Assembly: GCA_951406725.2 (NCBI GenBank)
Contig: OX597822.1
Span: 15,748,001-15,812,000, forward strand
Direction of reading: 5' to 3'
From: Octopus vulgaris
Taxonomy: Eukaryota
Length of the DNA stretch: 64,000 bases
Below the pieces are notes generated by a model, which saw nothing but the letters and a program-made list of their open reading frames with translations, had not been told where the DNA came from and did not search any database. Position 1 is the stretch's first letter; every line of letters begins with the position of its first letter. Shown piece by piece: positions 1 to 12,747 of this stretch. A program made the translations under genes and the position numbers.

Positions 1-310
1 TTGAACGAACTGGGCTACGAAACTCTGATCATCCGCCATACTCACCAGACCTCTCACCTACCGACTACCCCTTTTCAAGCATCTCGACAACTTCCTGCGT
101 GAGAAATGCCTCAAAAACCAAGACGTTGCCAAACACGCCTTCAACGACTTCTTCGCCATCAGAACGCAGGAAATAAACTTGTTTCGCGTTGGAAAAAGTG
201 TGTTGATTCTGATGGTGTTTATTTCGATTACTAAAGTTTTGTTTGAGCCAAGATATGTGCATCTGAATTTAAAGGTTAAGAAGCGCAAGAACTTTCTTGA
301 CAACCTAATA
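1..310 (+). mobile_element. Mariner transposon 3' end (frameshifted transposase C-terminus and right TIR)
   Basis: Translates across frameshifts to LNELGYETL-HPPYSPDLSPTDY-FKHLDNFLREKCLKNQ...WKKCVDSDGVYFD, containing the mariner YSPDL motif. Ends in ...CTTGACAACCTAATA (TIR plus TA). Confidence 0.9.
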
Positions 311-1284
311 GTATTGCGAAATTTGAAAATATTTGACTCATCCATAAATGAACAATGCTATGTGGTGCAAAATGTCACACCATAGACTGTGAATACTCAA
401 TTGGGATCATGTGGTTTTTCGCATTTTCTTAGTGTGTCGTTCAAAATTTCGCGGCACACAGGTCGAGAATCACTGCCTTAATCAGTAGAGGTAATCGCAT
501 CCAAACTTGTCGCATGGTTTCAAATTCAGAAATCAACATATTAGTACGACGCTTACTTCATATTATATTGATAAAGAATTATTTCGTTATGGGAAATCAG
601 CATTTGCAATTTAACAGCCAAATAAACCCCTTATACTATGTCAGTACTACATTGTTTATTTTATGTGTTCTTTCTGTTTGAAATAAAACGAATGAATAAC
701 AAAAATTAAATCTACTTCACACAACAACGAACTTAAAAAGTTTGTGTGTTGTTTGAAAACGAGAAAGAGTTTAGAGTTAGAAATAGGAAATTACTTAGTT
801 GTTTTTGTCTATCGTAAATTCAAAAATCCATTATAGATCAATCACAATGTAATTATGGGAGATTTTGAAATAATCCTCTGATCAATTATTGTTTGCCATA
901 TTTTATTATGTAAATTTTCGCACTTAACACCTCCGCTGAGAATATCTTAGTTCTTGCTGAATAACAAAACAATTTATTTGAAAACACAATCTGTCTTTTA
1001 TAGGAATTGTTTTCATGAGGGTGGCAAAGTAAGATTATTTATAAAATATATTTTCTTACTTTGTTTTTGCATTCAATGAAGCTTAACTCATTCTTCAACC
1101 AATCCTCTAAACGTTCAATCCGCTTATAAAATACTTTAATCTTATTAACTAATCTAATCTCACATATTATATAAATATATTTATTCACAATTATTGAAAA
1201 CACAAGAGAAAGGGAAATCTGTATACCTTTTCGATACAATTTGAATTAGTAATAATACATAGCATCACTACCAGTACTAATATC

Positions 1285-1745
1285 GGTTTCAAAGTTTGGT
1301 ATAAGGTCATCACGTTTGAGTGTGTGTATGTGGGATGGTCGAGGTCGATTACACTGATTCCAGCGTTCAAATGGTACATATTTTATTGAACCCGAAGGGA
1401 TGAAAGGCAAAGTCGACCTCGGCGGAATTTGAACTCAGAACGTAAAGGCTGACGAAATGTCGCTAAACGTTTTGCCTGGCGTGCTAACCATTCAGCCAGC
1501 TGGATGCCTTATTACCAGCGCTAATAATACTAGTATTATTTATTTCTTTACTGCCCACAAGAGGCTAAACACGGAGGGGACAAACAAGGATGGAAAAAGG
1601 GATTAAGTCGATTACATCGACCCCAGTGAGTAACTGGTACTTATTTAATCGAACCCAAAAGGATGAAAGGCAAAGTAGACCTCGGCGGAATTTGAACTCA
1701 GAACGTAAAGACTGTTGTCTCGCTGCCTTATTACCAGCGCTAATA
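1285..1745 (-). mobile_element. Two tandem copies of tRNA-derived SINE family B
   Basis: GATGAAAGGCAAAGTCGACCTCGGCGGAATTTGAACTCAGAACG (reverse-strand box B plus conserved core) occurs at ~1400 and ~1662. The flank GCCTTATTACCAGCGCTAATA is duplicated at ~1506 and ~1725. Confidence 0.85.
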
Positions 1746-2273
1746 TTACAAGTATTATTAGCTTTACACTGCAGCTATTATAACGTTTACTGTTACTCAT
1801 AACTGTAATTCTGTTTTAAACGAAACCTATGTCTAAAATAAGCAGAGTATCAAAAATATTAATAGAGGGACAGAGAGAAAACAATCGCCATAACAGGCTT
1901 CTACTTTATCAGGTCCCGGAGGAGAAGAAGTGAATTTATTTCGAGTGTTTAGTACAGATCACGAGACGCAGCTAAATCCACAAAACCAGTCGTCTAACTC
2001 TCTATCGTGTATGCTACAATTAACGACAATGATCATAAGTCACTAATGATTATTGATAGTTCTGTAGTTCTGAGTTTTGTTAATATTATTGCTAATATAA
2101 AAGTTTCAAAAGTAAATTAGTGATGTGTTGGATAAATATAATATTTACATACATCAACATTTACATCCTGAATGCAAACCCCAACGGGGTTGACAGGTTG
2201 AGCACATTCACATATATCAGGAGTCGATATCGATCACGCTACTACTTGAAAACAATTTACATGTATAGACACA

Positions 2274-2278
<5 letters not shown>

Positions 2279-2322
<44 letters not shown>

Positions 2323-2478
2323 CTTAAACAAGAATATTATTGACAGTGACTTTGAAGTCATTGCCAATATCTTTGTTTACGAATAATAAATGCGTACTCA
2401 ACAAAAGTATAGTGTAACTCATCAGAATAGTGTAAAACTGTTTGTATTATAGCAGCATATATAAACAAACAAATGTAC

Positions 2479-2567
<89 letters not shown>

Positions 2568-2638
2568 AGTATATATGTATATACATATATACTGAAGTAT
2601 ATATGTATATACATATATGCATACTATATATATATGTG

Positions 2639-2690
<52 letters not shown>

Positions 2691-2749
2691 CATATATACT
2701 GTTAACAGGCTGCGGGGCGTTCATTTCTTAAATAAAAATGTAAAAATGA

Positions 2750-2800
<51 letters not shown>

Positions 2801-2802
2801 CA
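2279..2802. repeat. Microsatellite cluster (GT)n, (AT)n, (AC)n
   Basis: Directly visible dinucleotide arrays. Similar arrays occur throughout the window and generate the YIYI/CVCV ORFs. Confidence 0.95.
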
Positions 2803-3664
2803 TACAGACATCAATGTTAATTCTTATATCGATTTATAAATAAACTCAATTTAACATGAAACCTAAGAACACCTAAATACACTTATTAAGAATACATACA
2901 CATTTACAAGAAATGGAAAGATAGTGACTTCGACGTTTTGACCTGCTGACCTTCGATCTGACTTCTGTTCTTATAAAAGTATAATATATTTTCACTCCTT
3001 CAATATTTGATTCCTAGTACACGTTAGAAATTTAGAGCTAGCGTATTGTGATTACAGCAAGCTAAATGAGACGCTTGTACCTTTTTTCTGTCTCTGATAT
3101 AATAATAACCTCGGTATTAACATGATATTATGTATGAAAACGTAGTTACAAATTACAAAAAAATATTCCTATACATTACACTGTCTGCCACAATATTATA
3201 AAAATTGCATTTTCTTTCTCGCTGAGAAAGAAAATACAGTTTGTTTGTAAGAGATTTAAGGAGACTAAAATTGATACGAATTATTTTTTTCATTTACAAT
3301 TTAATCCGATTTAGTTATTGTCGGTTGTGAAAAGGAAGTTGAAAAAATGTATAAATATATTTGTTGAACTCTGTGCTTAATGCTATATAGAGCTTATTTA
3401 CTATTTAAGAGACAAATACTTTATTTTTCTTAATATTAGCGGTTTTTATTTTGGATTAAAAGATTATAGCTTAGAAATTGTGAGCAGATGAGAAAATATT
3501 TATCGTTTCATGTGTGAAACTAAGATAATCAGATTTACACATTGGGGACGTTGTCTCAAGCTTGCAAAATTGAATTGTTGATTTTAAGATTGAGATGGAT
3601 TTTATATTTTAGCAAATTTATCGATCTTTAGGTCAATGTGATGTGAACTGACGTCGCTTTCTAT

Positions 3665-3875
3665 TAACGAACCACTGACATCATTTGTTGTGGAGGATGA
3701 ACAAACACAATTACACGTATGTTCATACATTTTCCGTCAGCCAATTTCACTCACAAGGATTGGTCGGCCCGAGGCTATGTTCGAAGGCTATTGTCCAAAA
3801 TATCGCGCATTGGGACTCAAACTGGTTCCACATATTTGAAAATCGAAATTCTTAACCATACACGCATGCCTGCAT
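3665..3875 (-). mobile_element. Degenerate SINE family A copy
   Basis: CACTCACAAGGATTGGTCGGCCCGAGGCTAT...GGGACT..AAC matches the copies at 12335 and 60672. Confidence 0.7.
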
Positions 3876-4208
3876 CTAGAGTTAACATCTAAAAGTATCT
3901 TGAGTTGCGCATGTCAATCAGTTACTTTAGCCAAACGATTATGTTTAATTATTATTCATCGGTCCTAGAGTTGTGCTTAGAATTTGGAGGAGAGAGGCAT
4001 CGTTAATTGGCTGCAGGTATTTGTGACCAATTAAATTTCAGATAATGTCCGCAGGTCTACTTCATAAAGCAACCATGGCTGCATGTTTTCATTTCCTGTA
4101 TTATCATTTTATTTGTCATGAAAGATCTGAAAGAAATATGGTTCTTAATTGATTTAAATGACGAAATATACTGAGAATTAAGCGTCCTCAAATACACATT
4201 CTATCTTG

Positions 4209-4283
<75 letters not shown>

Positions 4284-5295
4284 TTATGTATTGAAATATA
4301 ATGATTACATTTACAACTATTTAAACAGACGCTTATTTTATGGCGTATTTTGGTTGACCACGTGTCACGACAGGTGAGGAGGTATCGCACGGTGATAGAG
4401 ACTGACAGGGATTCTGATCTACAATTCGCTCAGGAGAACACCCGAATATATCAAAAATATAGTGAATTAAGCAACGTGCTACCAAGGTGCATGCTTCCAC
4501 AACTGAACTGATCCGAATGTATTTAATCATAAGGTACCTATACGCTGCAATATGTATGGATATTGTTGTTATCTAGGGACAGTTTATATTTGTAGAAATA
4601 GCGTACTCGGTTAGATTAAAATCAATGCATTATTACTGAATGGAAACGACTGGATCTGAGAAACTACTGATGGCATTTCTTCTATGCATATTTTTTGTAT
4701 ATTGAGTAAATGACGAAACCGCGGCTTGATTCTTCAGTAAATGTATCAGCCATATGAAACCACATTCCGTTAGAACTTACCCAGGTCAAATAGTGACCAT
4801 AACTCAACAAGTTGATATTTGTTTCTTTGAATTGACAGCGAGATGACAGGGACTTAACAAAACATGTATTATATTTAGTTCAGAAGTATACTTTCTGTAC
4901 TGGTGTCATATTGTTATGGATAGATGTATTATGGAATGAAGAATACTCAGGGAAGAATAGTCTCTCTTTTGTTCGCCCATTCCTTCACTTCCTTCATTGT
5001 GTACAGGCTCTGCAGATCTTGACGCCTATCACTCTTTTCTAATTTTCTTTCTCTCATTCTGTATTTATTCAATAACATTCACGTATAAATATTTATATTT
5101 TCAAACATGTACATATATAAGTCATCAAAATATGTGTGTGTATAAGTGTGCATGTTTGTGCGTGTGTGTGTGTACGTATGTGTGTAAGTGTATGTTTGTG
5201 TATGTGTTTGTGTGTGTGTGTTTCTGGGTGTGTATATTTGTGTGTATAGGAGATGAATATGTAAGCATATATACAAAACTATTATTTTCTGCACG

Positions 5296-5335
<40 letters not shown>

Positions 5336-6217
5336 GTACAAACAATCCTCAAGAAATATTTTACAAGATTCTGCTATGCCTTCAGTGCTGAAGATTGACA
5401 TATCACGTCGGCAATATTTCACAAATTTATATGACGACGAAGAGAAAAATATCGATCCGTGTTTAGACTAACGAGAGAAAAATGGTACAGTCAGAATAAA
5501 AAGAGCTTCCAGAAAAAATAATACATGTATAGGAACTGGCTGTAACAACCAATGAAATGCATTTACAGCTTTTATAAATTCACAAAATGGTAGATTTTCG
5601 ATACTTTCTTACAATAACGTAGGCATTATTAGCATTCAATGTATTAGAGAGGCTTTTATGTATCTGTCATAATTCCTCATACAGTTTTACGTAATTTTCT
5701 CTCAACACTACGTTCTTGTCGACAACTTGTTATATAATTTCAAACACACACACACATATGATATATAAGCATGGTATTGTTATCTCCTGTCGTGACAGGT
5801 CAACAAAGAGTGTCTTTAGATTAGCTGGTGCTGCATTCTTGGCAATAGCGGCTGTTCTTTCAACAGCAGACCTTCCTTTCTTTGACAGAGATAAAAATGC
5901 AATAAGATGTTTATAACACACGAGAGTAATGTTTATGCTAGTGAGATGTGTCAATTCATCATAGATACTTATGACCTTGACACACTGTATATATGATATC
6001 TATCCATCACCTTATATATACGTTAACATTAATAAATATACACGTCTTTCTCTCTGGAAACATAAATAATGATATAATAAACACATCTATAAAATATATC
6101 GAAAGTACTAAGTTCTCATTTCGATAAAGTTTGTATTATGTAATGGATATTTTTAATTACTTCCAAATCATTACATTATGACACATTTAAATATGTGTAT
6201 ACTTCAAAATATTTTGT

Positions 6218-6276
6218 AGATAGATAGATAGAACAGAGACAGACAGACAGACAGACAGGCAGACAGACAGACAGAC

Positions 6277-6368
<92 letters not shown>
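6218..6368. repeat. (GACA)n/(GATA)n tetranucleotide microsatellite
   Basis: Directly visible. Confidence 0.95.
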
Positions 6369-6454
6369 GGAGAGAGAGATAAATAGAGAGACAGTTTAAT
6401 TTTAAGCGCCACTTATTAAACATATATTGTTCTACTGGAAATATTCAAGCAACA

Positions 6455-6882
6455 CTAATCGACTACAACCTCACCAAATGTAAGGCCTTTTACCCAAAGC
6501 AGAAGTTTCCTCACCCTTTCACGCACAAAGTATGGGAACAACAAAAGGAAATAATTCCTCTACCTCTCTCTGCAAGGATTCTGCCAATAGTAAAGTAGTG
6601 CTTCACCTAGGTCGCAACGTGAACTCAAACCAATGTATACTGAAACAGATGAAAGGGGGGACAAAGTCTACATTAAAATCTCTGGAATTTATAAAGAGGT
6701 CATTGAATTCAGGTTTTCTTCCTAAATGAATGTAAAACAAATATAAACCTAATAGAGAAGCATAAATGAAAGTTTTCGTGATCTAAAAATAACGACATTG
6801 AGCATACTTTGTGCGTGAAAGGGTGAGGAAACTTCTGCTTTGGGTAAAAGGCCTTACATTTGGTGAGGTTGTAGTCGATTAG
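6455..6882. repeat. Perfect 80-bp inverted repeat with 268-bp spacer
   Basis: 6455-6534 (CTAATCGACTACAACC...CACAAAGTATG) is the reverse complement of 6803-6882. Confidence 0.95.
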
Positions 6883-6990
6883 ATCAACTTCAGTATTGAA
6901 CTGGTACTTATCCTTACCAAAATGATGAAAGGCAAAGTAGACAAATCTGAACGTAAACAGACGAAAGAACTGAAAGCGATTCCGCCACTT
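6850..6990 (-). mobile_element. Degenerate SINE family B copy
   Basis: GTCGATTAGATCAAC...AACTGGTACTTAT...GATGAAAGGCAAAGTAGAC matches the copy at ~1607-1680. Confidence 0.7.
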
Positions 6991-7719
6991 GCAATATAAT
7001 ATAATATCGCCCGACGTATTGGTCATCGCAAAAACGTCTTGAGGTTTTACAAAACACCAAATAAATAAGAAACATATCTTCGACGTAGAGAGTGTGTTTA
7101 AAAGCATTTCTCTGCAAGAAACAGAGGAAATTGTACAAAAATAATTCAATCATCCAAGCATTAGACAGAAAGATTCAGAGCATAAATCGGTTATTCTAAA
7201 AGACACATCTGAAAGATAAAACATTAGAGTACAAGCAACAATGTCTTTTACAGATATATCAGATATCACACCTACGAAAAACATACACACCTCCACATAA
7301 AATACATTATAATTCTCACGTGAATACAGACTAGAGAGCAGGTGGACAGATCAAAATATCGTTAATCTGAATAGTAAATACTTCACAACGAAGATAAATT
7401 AGCACTGATGAAATATAACAAAATCACGAACATTGACATTTTAACAAAACACTTCAGGCATTGAAATCACAGAACCTTCTAAACATATAAAACCGTTTGT
7501 AATTATAAAACTTGGAAATTGCTAAAAATAAATGTTAATATAATGCAGTGTCAAGTATTCAATGCAACTTAGCTGAAGTAAAATCCTTTTTCCTAAACAT
7601 ACACTTATGAATGTATAAAAACAAACATACACAAGCACACTAACACATACACACACATGTGTGTGCCAGTGTTTGCAGATATGTGTGTTTACCAACGCTG
7701 AATTCGTAAACGACAACGT

Positions 7720-7904
7720 TTCTAGAGTTCTATATTTAAGAGATGAGGAATTATGTACATTATTTACATTACTTACATTTGGTTTGTTTTTGACACAACG
7801 TTTCGGCTGATATACCCACCAGCCTTCATCAGATGTCTTGGGGAAATTTCGAACCTGGATTCTCATTCCTAATGTATTTTTCCATGTTGTTGTTGTTGTT
7901 GTTG

Positions 7905-7986
<82 letters not shown>

Positions 7987-8065
7987 AGTCACTGCTTGGA
8001 ATCGAACTCGGAATCTTGGGGTTAATAGTCCGTTCTCTTAACCAATACGCTATTTGCCCGTGGGC
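7720..8065 (-). mobile_element. tRNA-headed SINE-like element with (AAT)n/(AAC)n linker and hammerhead ribozyme in its 3' part
   Basis: On the minus strand: box A-like TAGCGTATTGG (8052-8042), box B-like GAGTTCGATTCC (8009-7998), a trinucleotide tract at ~7885-7984, then an HHR at 7837-7792. Confidence 0.75.
7792..7837 (-). ncRNA. Minimal type I hammerhead ribozyme motif
   Basis: GACAT-CTGATGA-A-GGCTG(10 nt)CAGCC-GAAAC-GTT-GTGTC: intact core, 5-bp stem II, 5-bp stem I (one G-U), loopless palindromic stem III (ACGT). Confidence 0.8.
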
Positions 8066-9377
8066 TATACATTACAAAATCATGCTATACATCAACAAAA
8101 CATTTCTATTCACCACAAAACCATACTCTGTGGTTTTGCATTATTCTACTTCCGTACAACACTCTGTATCCCTTCATTTGGGAAGCTATTCACACACACA
8201 GATATACAGAAAGACACGAAATATATATAATGTCTCTCATACATCAATATTTGGTTTATTTATAGAAAACGAGGACAGTAAATCGTAAGTCCTTCGTCCC
8301 GAAAACTTGATCCGATTTTCAATGAAAGAATGTTAACTTCATTGCACCAATAATACTCTAAAGAAAAGCTTAAATGTCATGTGATAGAAATCATCTTTTC
8401 TAAAATATACCGGTTTGATATCACATCAAGATGAAATCAGAATTCCATTTCTGCTTATGGCATAAATTATCTGGAACAGCGTTAGTACATTTCTCGACAG
8501 ATCACTATTGAAACATTTGCTTTGTTCGTAAACATCAGAGTAAAATATATTTCTACAGTGGTTTCGTTCGGATTAATGTCTCAAATCTACTTCAAATTCG
8601 AAAGTTTCAGCTGTGCATCACGTGCATGCTTTGAATAGGATCGCTTTCAAACATAGCCATCTTCTATCTCTCAAAATCTTTATTATTTATCAAATTTGAA
8701 ATTCACAATAAACCTCCAGTCACAAAATAACCATAAAGTGAACACCTCTATAAAGACATAACAGACTTGAACTCAAAAATTCTTATGTATTATTCTTACA
8801 AGAGAATGTCCATCGTATAGCCAGCTGATTGGCATATATTTCCACGATATGTTAAACTAAAAATGCTTTACCATCAACGCACACACACACACACATGTAT
8901 GTATGTATGTATGTATGTATATATATATATGGAGGGCATTTTAACCGCTTGTCTCGTTATACCTGCGTTCCAATCAATGTTTTAACTTTTTTTCATATAA
9001 ATTTCGGTTTGCAGCACTTGTTTGTATGTGTTCATCTGTTGGGGAAAACACTGAACAGTACTCGAATTAAAGTTATAAGAGATAGGTATTACATGTAATC
9101 TAGAAGTTCGATAAAGATTTTAAAAAAGAGCAACACGTATTCATAAATGAAGATTCAGTTTCATTTATTTTTAATCATATTTCTCTGTTTCTTTTCCTAC
9201 ATGTCCTACACGGTGTGTTGGCTTCCTCCTCTAAACTGCTACTATATCATAAATTGACATAACACTTTATTCCACTTGCCAGTGTAGAGTATTGGTAATT
9301 GCGAAAGAATTTCTTCCTTCCCTGATCCCCGATGATTTATATAGGACTGCATATTTATGACTATCATTAAGAGACGT

Positions 9378-9560
9378 TTCTAATTTCGGCACAAGGTCAG
9401 CAATTTTAAGGTTGGAGTAAGTTGATTACATCGATCCCAGTGCGTAACTGGTAATAATTTTATCGACTCCCAAAGAATGAAGGGCAAAGTCGACCCTGGC
9501 AGCATTTGGTCTCAGAATACAAAGTCGAACAAGATGCCGCCACCGTTCTACTAGATTTCC
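9378..9560 (-). mobile_element. SINE family B copy
   Basis: TTGATTACATCGATCCCAGTGCGTAACTGGTA...GAATGAAGGGCAAAGTCGACC matches the family core. Confidence 0.8.
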
Positions 9561-9639
9561 GCCGCCCTATTCCTCATTGATATTGTTGTTCTTCGTGTTA
9601 GCTTCTTAGTCTCCGTTTTCATGCTTCTTATAATGGTAG

Positions 9640-9832
9640 AATTGTTATCGCATCGGAAAATTGTTTAGAAACATTTATTTCAGCTCTTTTGAACTCTTCT
9701 GAGTTCAAAAGCAGTCGAGGATGGCTTTGCCTTTCAGGATCAATAAAATGAATGCCAGTTGAGCACCGCGGTCGATGTAATCCACATACCGCTTCCCTTA
9801 GAATTGTTGATCCTGTGCCAAAATTAGAAAGA
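9640..9832 (+). mobile_element. SINE family B copy, inverted relative to its neighbour
   Basis: TTCTGAGTTCAAA...CTTTGCCTTTCA...CCAGTTGAGCAC..GGTCGATGTAATC. Confidence 0.75.
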
Positions 9833-10783
9833 ATCATGTTAGAATTCACCATGTCTATGCTTCTTAGTGAATCCAACTTTAGGTCAAATTTTCTGAAAAT
9901 TATCGTCGACACATTTGAATGTGCAAAAGCATTTTGGATTTCATTATTATTTAACCAACGACATACTTTACCAATTTCTTATGTTTTAAATGGACGTGGA
10001 CAAGTAATATTGACAACTTACCAAATACCTTTACATTCTGAGTCCAAATGCTGAAAATTTACTTATCATTTCTCTGAGGAGGATGAAATTTGAACCAATG
10101 TATATTTTTAACTGCATTTAAAGAATTATATATTTGACATTTTATATGTTGTTGCACCCAAAGGTTTGATAACGCAGAACGTATTTTTGCAGTAAAATGA
10201 TGCAGATTAACTAGCGTTAACACAAAATGATTGGAATGACTATACTGCGCTGATGTCTCGAGTGAAAAGCGAATTTGTTACAAATCTTGAATTTCCATAC
10301 AAAAACTAATGGTTTTGCAAATCAAATTTCAAATACTGTACACCAAGAGGAATTGAGAATGTTCGTACCGATGTTCGAACAGGATTCGAAAAAGTAACTT
10401 AAGAAGATTGAAATTTCACTAAATCTAAATTGAAACACTACACCAGCCTCATATACCCTTTTGCTCTTTGGTACATGCAGCATCCAATCGAATCTACAAC
10501 ATATTTCCATTTTCCAATAACTCTTACATTTCACACTGAATTGAAATCCTGATATTCTACTTTAATATTAAAATATGAAACGTCAGTCCATAAATGTTAA
10601 CTTCATCGTTGAATACATGTGTAGTATTTCTTATGTCCAAACGATAACATGAAACTTGGCTTGGTACACGCTCACGCAATTCATTCAAATATTCTCATCT
10701 GAAATACCCAAACCATCTCAAACAATTTCCACAGAGACACACTTATGAACGTATTTCATTATCCGTTTAAAGTGGTTAGATTT

Positions 10784-10839
<56 letters not shown>

Positions 10840-10842
<3 letters not shown>

Positions 10843-11730
10843 TGGCAGGGCTTGACTGCTAGGAAGTCGGCCGTATGCTAGAAACAGATCATCAACGATC
10901 AAACTACAAAGAAATTCTCTAGAGGAAAAATTCAGCGAACACCAGAACCAAATTTGGCGGGCAGGACAGATGAAAATTTATATAAAAAACAGAATTAAAT
11001 GCATACCTCGGTTTCGGCCTTTAACAAAAGAATTACTTACATAATTCAAATGTCCGTGCTTCATCAGTGCATTCGTTCATTGTAAATGTAAACTGAAAAA
11101 ACTAACACCAGCCTTCCGTGCCAAGACAGACATGCGCTTAGTCTTACCGATTACATTAGGGATAAAATTTCAAATGTCTTGGTTCTGGCGCGCTAAGAAA
11201 TTCCTGAAGCGAAGGGCTGCATTAAATAATACACTGCGGTTAGTGCTTACTACTAGAGAACGTATTTATTTCAATATTTAAATAATGAGGGAGATAAATT
11301 AATATTAATTTTAATATCAATTTAAAACCAGTAGTCCAGCATACAAAAAATCTGAGAAGTCAGAGAAAATTCTAATATATGTGTATATTGATGATGCACG
11401 GACATTTGAATTATGTAAGTAATTCTTTTGTTAAAGGCCGAAACCGAGGTATGCATTTAATTCTGTTTTTTTATATAATTTTTCATCTGTCCTGCCCGCC
11501 AAATTTGGTTCTGGTGTTCGCTGAATTTTTCCTCTAGAGAACTTTCTTTGTAGTTTGATCGTTGATGGTCTATTTCTAGCATACGGCTGACTTCCTAGCA
11601 GTCAAGCCCTGCCAATATACACATATATTAGAATTTTCTCTGACTTCTCAGATTTTTTGTATGCTGGACTACTGGTTTTAAATTGATATTAAAATTAATA
11701 TTAATTTATCTCCCTCATTATTTAAATATA
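10840..11730. mobile_element. Non-coding HHR-bearing element with interleaved inverted repeats (A-spacer-B-A'-B')
   Basis: 10840-11066 is a near-perfect reverse complement of 11389-11617, and ~11273-11390 is the reverse complement of ~11613-11730. No ORF. Confidence 0.85.
10998..11073 (-). ncRNA. Type I hammerhead ribozyme motif
   Basis: AATGCA-CTGATGA-AGC...GGCC-GAAAC-CGAG-GTA-TGCATT: intact core and 6-bp stem I. Stem II is short and imperfect with a long loop. A 5'-truncated copy lies on the plus strand at 11389-11457. Confidence 0.7.
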
Positions 11731-12103
11731 TATATATTTTTTAAACAAAATTAAGTTTAAAAATTAAAAAAATTTAAATTTAAAAATTTAAAAATTAAAA
11801 AAAATATTTAAAAATATAAAAAATTATAAATATAATGTTAAAAATTTCAAATTTTAATAATTTAAATTTTAAATTTTATATTTTATATATATATTGTATA
11901 TTATATTAATTATATTTATTTATTTTTTGGTTTTTTATGTTTTGGTTTATGTCTATCACTGTTTGAGTTGTATAATAGTGGTTTTATCTCTAATTTAATT
12001 TATATTTATACGGTGAAATTTGATTTAAGCCTAAATCTAATTTTTCTCTGTAAGTTTGGATATACTCCCTAAAATTATTATCATGTCTGTATATATATAT
12101 ATA

Positions 12104-12148
<45 letters not shown>

Positions 12149-12334
12149 AGAGAGGAGAATTCGCAAAAAAACAAAAGACGAAGGCGCATATATATATATA
12201 TATACATATATATGTATGTATGTATGTATGTATTTATTCTCCGCCAAGAATTCACAACGACCTCGAACCCACGATAACAAACAAGAGAGGCAGAGACAGG
12301 CAGAAAGAAGGAAAATGTCCCTCGTATTTGAATA

Positions 12335-12747
12335 CACTCTCTTTTACTCTTTTACTTGTTTCAGTCTTTTACTTGACTGCGGCCATGCTGGAGCACCGCC
12401 TTTAATCAAGCAACTCGACCCCGGGACTTATTCTTTTGTAAGCCCAGTACTTATTCTATCGGTCTCTTTTGCCGAACCGCTAAGTAACGGGGACATAAAC
12501 ACACCAGCATCGGTTGTCAAGAAATGCTAGGGGGACAAACATAGACACACAAACACACACACGCATATATATATACATATATACGACAGCCTTCTTTGTG
12601 TTTCCGTCTACCAAATCCACTCACAAGGCTTTGGTCGGCCCGAGGCTATAGTAGAAGACACTTGCCCAAGGTGCCACGCAGTGGGACTGAACCCGGAACC
12701 ATGTGGTTGGTAAATAAGCTACTTACCACACAGCCACTCCTGCGTCT
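12335..12747 (-). mobile_element. Full-length tRNA-derived SINE family A (resembles described octopus tRNA-SINEs)
   Basis: Head GCAGGAGTGGCTGTGTGGTAAG...GGTTCAGTCCC (box A/B), internal AT/GT tract and (GTAAAAGA)n tail. Highly similar to 60672-61094. Confidence 0.9.

Noticed and set aside
5730-5954. Possible host exon (KGRSAVERTAAIAKNAAPANLK...)
   Set aside because: No recognisable protein family and no convincing donor/acceptor pair, so it is not supportable without RNA data.
7985-8060. Functional tRNA gene
   Set aside because: Box A and B are present, but the acceptor stem does not pair and the sequence runs into a microsatellite, so it is better explained as a SINE head.
11731-11990. Nearly pure A/T tract next to the inverted repeats
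   Set aside because: No periodicity or motif. Probably a decayed or poorly resolved (AT)n array, possibly sequencing error beside a fold-back.
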